Shown here: piece after piece, positions 56,268-64,000 of the stretch | Layout: every line of letters starts with the position of its first letter | Numbering within the stretch: the stretch's first letter is position 1 | DNA from: a virus | Lineage: Duplodnaviria; Caudoviricetes | Virus record (IMG/VR): IMGVR_UViG_3300014204_000014 | Location: 12,851-76,850 of that record | DNA: 64,000 nt | Reading direction: 5' to 3' (one strand) | The notes under the pieces: generated by a model | The model's database searches: none | What the model was told of the DNA's origin: nothing | Seen by the model: the letters and a program-made list of their open reading frames with translations, nothing else | Program-made: the position numbers and the translations under genes

Positions 56268-59062
56268 ATGGCAGCCCTATTGGGGATATGATAGTAAGAA
56301 TTGTAGGTGATAATGCTCAATTCGATTCCTCAATAGACAAGTCCGAAAGTAAATTAAATACTTTTGGTGACTCTGCAAGTAAGATAGGCAGGAGCTTATC
56401 ATTATTTGTTACCACTCCTTTAATTGGTTTAGGTATCGCGGCAGTAAAATCTTCAGCTCAAATGGAAATGCTTGAAACTTCTTTTTCTACGATGTTAAGT
56501 AGTGCTAGTAAAGCTTCTCAGTTAATGGCTGATTTAAAAGACATGGCCGCAAAAACGCCATTTGAAACTACTGACTTAGCAAACGTAACAAAATCATTAT
56601 TACAATATGGCGTCTCTGTAAATGATATTCTTCCTACATTGCAAATATTAGGAGACGTATCAGGAGGGAATGCCGCTAAATTCGCAGGAATAAGTTATCA
56701 GTATGCTCAGATGACTGCGGCTGGTAGATTATTAGGTGGCGATTTACGCTCAATGGTTAACCACGGCTTTAACCCATTACAGGAAATAGCTAGAACTACA
56801 GGCGAGACGATGGCATCCCTTCAGCAGAAAATGGCTAGAGGAGCTATCACAACTGAGATGGTGGCTAAGGCATTCAAATCCGCTACTAGTGAAGGCGGAA
56901 AATTTTATAATGGAATGAATGCCGCATCTCAAACGATGGAAGGATTAATTTCTACATTAAAAGATGATATTGGGGCATTAGGAAGAAGTTTAGCCGATCA
57001 ATTTATTCCTGCAATAAAAGATGCGGTAAAACAACTTAGTGCAATGGCACAAAAATTTACAGCATTAGACCCAAAAACTAAAAATCTTATTTTAGGAGTA
57101 TTAGGATTTACAGCAGCGCTTGGCCCAGCGTTAATTGTAATAGGTACTGGAGCAAAATTACTTTCAGCTTTATCTTTAGGTTTTCATGGAACTGCTTTAG
57201 CTGCTAACGCTTCATCATTATCTTTGGGTATAAATAAAGTGGCACTAGTTGCACATAATATTGCTACAGGATTGGTAGCTGCTACTACAAAATTAATGGC
57301 TGGAGCTTTTGGTATTTCAACTTTAGCAATAAATGGCATGACAGCGGCAATAGCGGCGACAGGAATTGGATTATTAGTAGTTGGATTAGCTTTAGCAGTA
57401 TCTGAAATAGTAAAATTTGCACAAAGAACTAAAGCGGCAAAGGAAGCCCAAGAAGAGTTTAATAAATCCGTTGCTAATAATCAAGCTGATTATTTAGTTA
57501 AAAAATATGGTGATATAAAAGACACTCGTGTTAGAATGGTTGAAGAAGAAAAGAAATTAACTAAAGAGCAAAAAGCTCAAATAGAACAATTTTATACTTT
57601 AATTAGATTAGATAAATTACGTTATGAGCAAGCTGAAGCAATGCGGGAGGCTTCTCGTTTAGGAAATACTGCTGCTGCTGAAGCTGCTAGAAAGAAAATG
57701 GAAAACATTGATGCTGAAATAGCCGGAATGAAAAATCAGGCAGCTGCTCTTACCGAATCTCAGCAATTAAGAATTAAAGCTAGTGAAACAATAAGAAAAG
57801 AAATTACTCTTATAGATGAAAATGCAAAATTAGCAGCTTTATCTGGTGAAGAGTATAATGCTGATCAAGAAAAAAGAGCAGTTATATTGCGAGAAGTTAG
57901 TAATCTAATACAGAATAATTTTACGGTTGAGGGTGAAGGGATTCAGTTTATATTAAAAGAATATGAATTTCTTTTAGCCCATACTGAAAATCTTGGTCAA
58001 GGAATGGAAGTTGCATTTGGTACAGGTACAAATTCATTAAGGCAATTTAATGATGAATTTAAGGTAACGATGACTGTAGGGAAACAAGGAATTGATTGGG
58101 TAAGATTATTTGATGGAACTATAGTTGATCTATCAAAAGGTTTAAAGTCTACGGGCAGTAATGGAATAGCAGCAATAAGACTATTAGATGATAAGATAAA
58201 AGGAACAGCTGTTGACTCAGTAGATTGGGAAGAATGGGCTAAAAATGAAAAGTTAAAAAAATGGGAAGAATATACTTCATTAGCAATTAGTCAAGTAAAA
58301 AGTATGATGAGTGATATTTCCGCTATTACTAGTGGTGGACTGCAAAATCAAATAGACGAAATAACTTCCTTAGCTGATGCAAAATTGCGTATTAATGATA
58401 AGGATTTACAAGATGAATTAAAAAAATATAACCTACAAGAAAAAACAGCAATAGAAGCAGCTCAGATAGAATTAGATGCTGCTTTGAAAACAAATGATGC
58501 CATAGCAATTGATGATGCTAAAAAAGCTTTGCAAAAAGCTCAGATAGAACAGGCTTATGCTGATAAAAAGAAAGCTATAGAAAAAGATACTGCGATGAAA
58601 TTATATGACTTGCAATTAAAACAGTTTAAAGCGAGTCAGGCATTTAGTATTGCGCAAACCACAATAGAAACAGCGGAAGCAGCAATAAGAGCATATAAAG
58701 CATTAGCAGGAATTCCAATAGTTGGCCCTGCAATGGCTATAGCGGCGGCTGGAGTTGCCGCAGGATTAGGAGCGGCTAAAATAGCTATTATCTCTGGGCA
58801 AACTCCTCCCTCTGCACCTTCATTCGCTCAGGGTGGTGTGGTGATGCCTCGACCTAATGGTGTTGCCGCGAGGATAGCAGAAGCAGGACAAGCAGAAGCA
58901 GTAATTCCCTTAGATAGATTAGAACGTATGATAGAAAGTAATAATAGTAGTGGTTTGATGGAGCTTACTGTGCAAATGGATTCTGATGTTTTACTAAAAA
59001 AGATTTTCCCTGCTACAAAAAATCGCAAAGTATTGATTCATGCTAATGCAGTTGTATCATAA
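56264..59062 (+). CDS. Tape measure protein
   Basis: 932 aa, A-rich helical; AAKTPFET, GFNPLQEIA, GLISTLKD; C-terminal FAQGGVV...IAEAGQAEAVIPL. Confidence 0.93.
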   Translation: MNGSPIGDMIVRIVGDNAQFDSSIDKSESKLNTFGDSASKIGRSLSLFVTTPLIGLGIAAVKSSAQMEMLETSFSTMLSSASKASQLMADLKDMAAKTPFETTDLANVTKSLLQYGVSVNDILPTLQILGDVSGGNAAKFAGISYQYAQMTAAGRLLGGDLRSMVNHGFNPLQEIARTTGETMASLQQKMARGAITTEMVAKAFKSATSEGGKFYNGMNAASQTMEGLISTLKDDIGALGRSLADQFIPAIKDAVKQLSAMAQKFTALDPKTKNLILGVLGFTAALGPALIVIGTGAKLLSALSLGFHGTALAANASSLSLGINKVALVAHNIATGLVAATTKLMAGAFGISTLAINGMTAAIAATGIGLLVVGLALAVSEIVKFAQRTKAAKEAQEEFNKSVANNQADYLVKKYGDIKDTRVRMVEEEKKLTKEQKAQIEQFYTLIRLDKLRYEQAEAMREASRLGNTAAAEAARKKMENIDAEIAGMKNQAAALTESQQLRIKASETIRKEITLIDENAKLAALSGEEYNADQEKRAVILREVSNLIQNNFTVEGEGIQFILKEYEFLLAHTENLGQGMEVAFGTGTNSLRQFNDEFKVTMTVGKQGIDWVRLFDGTIVDLSKGLKSTGSNGIAAIRLLDDKIKGTAVDSVDWEEWAKNEKLKKWEEYTSLAISQVKSMMSDISAITSGGLQNQIDEITSLADAKLRINDKDLQDELKKYNLQEKTAIEAAQIELDAALKTNDAIAIDDAKKALQKAQIEQAYADKKKAIEKDTAMKLYDLQLKQFKASQAFSIAQTTIETAEAAIRAYKALAGIPIVGPAMAIAAAGVAAGLGAAKIAIISGQTPPSAPSFAQGGVVMPRPNGVAARIAEAGQAEAVIPLDRLERMIESNNSSGLMELTVQMDSDVLLKKIFPATKNRKVLIHANAVVS

Positions 59063-59071
59063 GGAATAAAA

Positions 59072-60877
59072 ATGCGTATAGCATATGACAATATATTAGA
59101 TGATTTAACCTCCACAGCAATCTCAGCATTAAGCGAAGAAAGTGGATATGAAATAACTAACGCTTTAGACCAGAGATTAAGTACGCTATGGAAAACTTCC
59201 TCAGCAACTACTCAAACTGCAACTTTTACTTTGGATACTTTCCCTACATATCCTGATAATGTTTCAGGGCAAAGTTATTTCCAGCATTTTGATACTGCTA
59301 CTGTAGATGGATGCATAGCCACTTTAACTGCATCAAATATGACTATATATGCCACAACTTCTAGTTTAGTATTGAAAGCAACTACAGCTACTGAGTTTGA
59401 TTATCTAGGATTTTCAAGAGGATTGGCTTGGACTACAGGACAAACATTGATAATGAAAACCCCTTATGATGTAGATATATCTTCAATACAATACTGGAAT
59501 GGAACTTCATATACTTCAATGACTTTAGTAAATGATAATGATATAAATTATTTTGCAGAAGCAAGTATGATTAGAGGTAATGCTTATTTATTATTAACAA
59601 CATCATTTAATTATACTTCCACAGCAATAGCGGCCACAAAAACAGTAAATATAGATTATGTTTATTTAGGTGATGGGAAATATGACTTTCCTTTGACTGA
59701 TTTATCAGGGAATGGGAATGATGGTACTTGCTACAATGTAGTGCCAGGGCAAAAGGGATTATTGTTTGGTGGAATAAAAAGCTATTGTACCATTGTCAAC
59801 ATTTCCTCCTTCTTCGGCGTCGGTAAAATATCGGTTATATCGTGCAAGGTCACGCCGCTGTCTGCGACGGCAGGATTTATAGTCTCCTATGCTGACACGG
59901 CGAACAACAACCGCTTTTACCTCTACCTCTTAAACGCTACCACGCTACTTTTTTATGCGAACGACAACACAACTACAATAGCCATCCCTTGCGCGACAAA
60001 CGAGGAAGCGCGCGTCCTGCTCGTCCGCGACAACAGCGGCGCGGGAGTGATGGCCGCGTACAAAAACGGTGTGCTTGTCGAATCGAAAGCCTGTACGCCA
60101 CCCGATACCGCATCAAGCTCGGTTGCATTTGTTCTCGGAGCGAACGCTACTGGAGGCGATAACGCCGAGCCCTGCCTCATAAGTGACGTGGCCCTCTATA
60201 ACCGTATTCCATCTGATTTTGAAATATCTCATTTATACGCTGGTGAATCCTTCATAACAGAAAATGATGGCTTAGTAGGAAAATGGAATATAAATGATGG
60301 CTTAGGAGTAAATACATCTGCTATATTAAATCACAATATAAAAACAGGCTCAGTAGCAAAAATCCAAGCTAGTGATAATAACTATTGGACTGATCCTCCT
60401 GTAGATGAAACCTTTACTATAAATCCTACAACTATATTAAAGTTTTTATCTGATACTTATTATTACAAATACTGGAGATTTTATATAGAGCAAGGCTCAT
60501 TGGAAATAGGCAGATTATGGTTAGGAGATTATTTAACTATTGATCCTTCAAGTCTTACCGATTTTAAAGTAACAAAGCGTAGATCAGACATGGTAATACA
60601 TGGAAAGAATCGCCAGAAGTGGGCTAATATAGGAACTGATTGGAGAAAGTTTGAGTTTAGTTTCCCTAGAACTGAAGAAACTATGATTTATAACTTAACT
60701 AAAATGTATGATACAGTTGGGAATCATTCTAGCTTCATATTTTGTAACCTCGACACCTTGAGAGACTACACTTTGATCGAGCCAGTATATTGTTCAATAG
60801 CCGATGAAGAATTAAGTTTTATGCATACTAACAGAACTGATTGGACATATTCACTTACATTAGAAGAGGAGAAGTAA
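59072..60877 (+). CDS. Distal tail (Dit-like) protein with inserted carbohydrate-binding / LamG-like domains
   Basis: Follows TMP; N- and C-terminal Dit-like halves (RIAYDN..., YKYWRFYI, LEIGRLWLG) enclose DLSGNGNDG...ISDVALYNR...EISHLY LamG hallmarks. Confidence 0.7.
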   Translation: MRIAYDNILDDLTSTAISALSEESGYEITNALDQRLSTLWKTSSATTQTATFTLDTFPTYPDNVSGQSYFQHFDTATVDGCIATLTASNMTIYATTSSLVLKATTATEFDYLGFSRGLAWTTGQTLIMKTPYDVDISSIQYWNGTSYTSMTLVNDNDINYFAEASMIRGNAYLLLTTSFNYTSTAIAATKTVNIDYVYLGDGKYDFPLTDLSGNGNDGTCYNVVPGQKGLLFGGIKSYCTIVNISSFFGVGKISVISCKVTPLSATAGFIVSYADTANNNRFYLYLLNATTLLFYANDNTTTIAIPCATNEEARVLLVRDNSGAGVMAAYKNGVLVESKACTPPDTASSSVAFVLGANATGGDNAEPCLISDVALYNRIPSDFEISHLYAGESFITENDGLVGKWNINDGLGVNTSAILNHNIKTGSVAKIQASDNNYWTDPPVDETFTINPTTILKFLSDTYYYKYWRFYIEQGSLEIGRLWLGDYLTIDPSSLTDFKVTKRRSDMVIHGKNRQKWANIGTDWRKFEFSFPRTEETMIYNLTKMYDTVGNHSSFIFCNLDTLRDYTLIEPVYCSIADEELSFMHTNRTDWTYSLTLEEEK

Positions 60878-60878
60878 A

Positions 60879-61658
60879 ATGGCGTTTTCGCAAATATCTA
60901 CGTCGGTCACTATAATCAATTCTGGCTTAAAAGGTTATATAGGATTATCATTAACCAATTTTACTTCAACTGCTGTTTCTGCTATAGCATCAGGAAGTGC
61001 TGTAGAAATTGCTGGGGCATTTTTTCTTGCTGATGCAGATATAACTATTAATGCATCGAGTTGGACAGCCATCACTACTGCCACTACTTGCTACCTAGCT
61101 TTGACCCCAAGTGGAACAGCAGGAAGCCAGACGTTAGCCGCCGCATGGACTGCTACTGCTCCTGTATGGAGTACGAGCAAGCAAGGCTGGTATGCGACAG
61201 CGGCGAGTTCAGTTAGGGTTGTGGCTAGTGCATATAAAGATGGCCCAACTACAAGTGCATCCAGTAAAAAAATAATTGCTACTTTTGGTGATTATTACAA
61301 TGGTACTGATGGGGCCGGATTGGGGCATACCATAGGAAGTAAAAGTAATAATTTAATTCCTGCGGATGGTTCAAATATTGCTGTATCTGCTTTTTCTACT
61401 ATTCTTGCCGCTGCTTATGCTAATATTTTTGCTGATCCTGGAGATTTCAGCAAATTGGTAATTTGTAATGGAATATTTACTACAAATGTAACTGGAGCAA
61501 ATGAAGTAAGAATCCCTCACGGATTCTTCCGTGATAGCTTTGGGGGGTTCGTTTTTAGATGCTATAATCTTACTACAGGCACAGCATATGAGAGTGTGGC
61601 CTTTTCAACAACTGCTACAGCTGCGAGTGTTATAAATGGATTTATTTATCCAGTTTAA
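60879..61658 (+). CDS. Putative tail/receptor-binding structural protein
   Basis: 259 aa, A/T/S-rich beta-type sequence in the tail module. Confidence 0.55.
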   Translation: MAFSQISTSVTIINSGLKGYIGLSLTNFTSTAVSAIASGSAVEIAGAFFLADADITINASSWTAITTATTCYLALTPSGTAGSQTLAAAWTATAPVWSTSKQGWYATAASSVRVVASAYKDGPTTSASSKKIIATFGDYYNGTDGAGLGHTIGSKSNNLIPADGSNIAVSAFSTILAAAYANIFADPGDFSKLVICNGIFTTNVTGANEVRIPHGFFRDSFGGFVFRCYNLTTGTAYESVAFSTTATAASVINGFIYPV

Positions 61659-62041
61659 GGATTTATTTTTGATTCATATCTTGCATATATTTCAGTATTC
61701 ATTGAACCTATTGTTTTTGTATTAGTAAATGAGGACAGAATAGAATGGTTACAAGTATGAATAAAACCAAACTCCAAACCATTATATTTAATATTTGTAC
61801 TAAATCCATAATCAATTTCATAAGGACTGAAAAAATTATTCATAGTATTTTTAATCTGATACGATTTCATAAAGCTAGATATTTCAATGCTCTTGAAAAG
61901 TTCTATTCCCATTTCCATATCAATATAAAAAGCATCTTCAGGACTACCCCATGAACATATACTTACAGATTCACGATAAATCTTTACTTGATTATCAGAA
62001 GTCCCTATTTGAAAAGCTAAAAGAATTGCTAACCAGTTCAT
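61655..62041 (-). CDS. Moron-like exported/membrane protein on the opposite strand
   Basis: AAGGAG RBS, AGTATATAATATA promoter at 62058-62070, hydrophobic N-terminus MNWLAILLAFQIG, alternating beta-strand pattern. Confidence 0.65.
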   Translation of the reverse strand: MNWLAILLAFQIGTSDNQVKIYRESVSICSWGSPEDAFYIDMEMGIELFKSIEISSFMKSYQIKNTMNNFFSPYEIDYGFSTNIKYNGLEFGFIHTCNHSILSSFTNTKTIGSMNTEIYARYESKINP

Positions 62042-62105
62042 TTATATCTCCTTATTTATATTATATACTAATGCTTGATATTTTTACAGCAAAAGGAATG
62101 ATGCT

Positions 62106-63542
62106 TTGACCCTATCTGCATATTCCATTTTATCTGTCTCAAAGCCAAGAGTATTGGTCCAGCTAGATATTTCTATAACAAATACTCAGTGGATTAACTG
62201 TGGAGCAGGAATATGGTATACAAACTTTGATGGATTATATCCTGAAGTAGATTTAACTTTATTATCAGGATTTACTGCACAGACTTTTGGCGAAATAGGC
62301 TCTGTATATGTAGACGGTATTTTTCAAACTAAAAAAACTACTTTAGCCTCGTTAACTGACGCTACTGAATCTTATTATTTTGATAGAACTAATGAAGAAT
62401 TATATGTTTGTATAAAAAATTATGATGAGCCATTTATACATGATATTCATTTAGGAGTTATTTACGGATATAGCGCTGATGAGTTTACTCCTATTGATTC
62501 AACTATTCTTTATGAAGGGCGATTAACTAATGTACCTTCAGTATCAATTTCTCGTGACCCATTGTTCTTCGGTAAAATGCAATATAACTTCTCAGGTATT
62601 TCATTAGTAAACGCTGATGGAAATTTTGATACTTTTGCCGATACAAAAAACATATATGGAAATGAAGCAAGAATATTACTTGGATATGAAGAACTATCCA
62701 TTGATGATTATATAAACATTTATACAGGATTAGTTGAAGATATTACTATATCAGAAGAAACCGCTGAATTTACTATTGGCGATAAGCGCAAGCAATTATC
62801 AAAAAGCGTAACATATTCATGCTCAGCACTAAACGCTCTAAGCGCAATAAAAGAGCTTTTAGTAAATGAATATAATGTTACTTATAATGGTACTTATTTT
62901 GATACTACAGCATGGGAAGCCGCGTCTGCGTTAGCTCCTAACATAACGATAAATATAGCTGCAGGAAAAGCAATAACTGATAAGCCAGTGAATGAAATAA
63001 TAGAAGATATATGCGGAACGGTATTTGGATTATTTATTATTGATGAAAATAATAAGTTTAGCTTTAAGATAGTTGATACTACAGCGACAGCCTCGGCTAC
63101 AATTTTAGATATTGATATATTGAATTACCATAATATTTCTTATGATCCTTCTGAAGTTATTTCTTCAACAAAAGTTGGTTATAGTAAAAACTGGGAGGAA
63201 GGGTATACTTCACCTTATATGTGGCTTTATGACACTACTCAAGAAAACGCTGTATTCTTAAAGTACAAAACATTTAATCAAAAAGAATCTTTTACTTTGC
63301 TTATCAATCCTGCTGATGCACAAAGTTTTTCCAATACGATTTTAGCTTACTCAAAAGATGTTCATGGCATCGGCGAAATAGAAGTGCCTATTAAATACTA
63401 TACTATTGAATTAGGAGATATTGTAAACATAGAAATAAATCGTCCTGCAAGCACAATGTTAGGGACTAAAAAGTGCGAAATAATAGGTAAGACTTATAAC
63501 CTATTATTTCCAACAATATCTTTCACATACAGAATAATATAA
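62106..63542 (+). CDS. Baseplate hub / Tal-like tail protein
   Basis: 478 aa after Dit region; YEGRLTNVPSVS, ISLVNADGNFD, IYTGLVEDI, IELGDIV. Confidence 0.65.
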   Translation: MTLSAYSILSVSKPRVLVQLDISITNTQWINCGAGIWYTNFDGLYPEVDLTLLSGFTAQTFGEIGSVYVDGIFQTKKTTLASLTDATESYYFDRTNEELYVCIKNYDEPFIHDIHLGVIYGYSADEFTPIDSTILYEGRLTNVPSVSISRDPLFFGKMQYNFSGISLVNADGNFDTFADTKNIYGNEARILLGYEELSIDDYINIYTGLVEDITISEETAEFTIGDKRKQLSKSVTYSCSALNALSAIKELLVNEYNVTYNGTYFDTTAWEAASALAPNITINIAAGKAITDKPVNEIIEDICGTVFGLFIIDENNKFSFKIVDTTATASATILDIDILNYHNISYDPSEVISSTKVGYSKNWEEGYTSPYMWLYDTTQENAVFLKYKTFNQKESFTLLINPADAQSFSNTILAYSKDVHGIGEIEVPIKYYTIELGDIVNIEINRPASTMLGTKKCEIIGKTYNLLFPTISFTYRII

Positions 63543-63552
63543 CGGAGAGATC

Positions 63553-64000
63553 ATGGCATTTTTAGGGGAGATTACGAGAGAGTATTTAAAAAAGTATCCA
63601 GCTGCTGGTAGTTTCTGCATAGCAAAAATAATGTTTGATGAAAATAAATCAATATTTAGCTCCGCTGAACAAGCTAGACATTTAATAAGATATTATCGTG
63701 GGTCTAATGGAGCAAGAGATAGATCAAGAATAGCAGATAAATCATACATGGCGAAAATAAATATTCCTCCTGCTGATGAAACTGATTTTGCTCCTTATAA
63801 ATTATCAGATGAAGATTATCCGATTATAGTAGGAGCTGATGCTCATATTCCTTATTATGACCAAGACGCATTAGAATTATTTATAGAACGAATCGATGAG
63901 ATAAAGCCCAAGACAATTATTTTAGCTGGTGATTGGATTGACTTTTATTCCATATCTAAATTTCAGCATGACCCAAGAAAGCGAACAGTAAAAGGCGAAA
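63553..64000 (+). CDS. Calcineurin-like metallophosphoesterase (runs off window end)
   Basis: Not in ORF track; manual translation MAFLGEITREYLKKYP...VGADAHIPY...ILAGDWIDFY (DxH, GDxxD); GGAG RBS. Confidence 0.75.
   Translation, partial: MAFLGEITREYLKKYPAAGSFCIAKIMFDENKSIFSSAEQARHLIRYYRGSNGARDRSRIADKSYMAKINIPPADETDFAPYKLSDEDYPIIVGADAHIPYYDQDALELFIERIDEIKPKTIILAGDWIDFYSISKFQHDPRKRTVKGE

Noticed and set aside
59785-60205. AAC-rich GC-rich segment as a DGR template or variable repeat
   Set aside because: No second copy and no reverse transcriptase in the window; the segment is mid-gene and better explained as a domain swap.
1-64000. Stop-codon reassignment
   Set aside because: Core genes are full length under the standard code, TAA, TAG and TGA all end genes, and no suppressor tRNA is present.

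Overview
AT-rich segment of a large tailed dsDNA phage genome (siphovirus-like tail). No integrase, repressor, CRISPR array or lysis cassette is visible in the window, and the host is not determinable from sequence alone. The leftward arm (1-27.3 kb) holds a self-contained replisome (clamp loader, two beta-clamp homologues, UDG-fused family A polymerase, DnaB-like helicase, primase, SNF2 helicase, probable initiator, ParB-like protein), three DNA methyltransferases, RtcB, a sigma factor, tRNA-Ile and small early genes. The rightward arm (27.4-64 kb) holds a split SbcCD nuclease, an Rnl2-type RNA ligase, a tRNA cluster, an accessory block and the packaging/head/tail genes. Main candidate new system: a phage-encoded CUT1 sugar ABC importer (binding protein plus two permeases, no ATPase) followed by a NeuA/PseF-like CMP-nonulosonate synthetase and a Maf/DUF115-like transferase, i.e. 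a possible import-activate-transfer glycosylation pathway. Other notable items: a canonical type III hammerhead ribozyme in an early leader, a C5 methyltransferase overprinted by a second full-length ORF carrying motif IX, four small basic MGGPGSGR-proteins in the head module, an aberrant 103-nt tRNA-like RNA, an orphan structured RNA, and a GC-rich LamG cassette in the distal tail protein. All calls are from motif reading by eye; no searches or folding programs were run.
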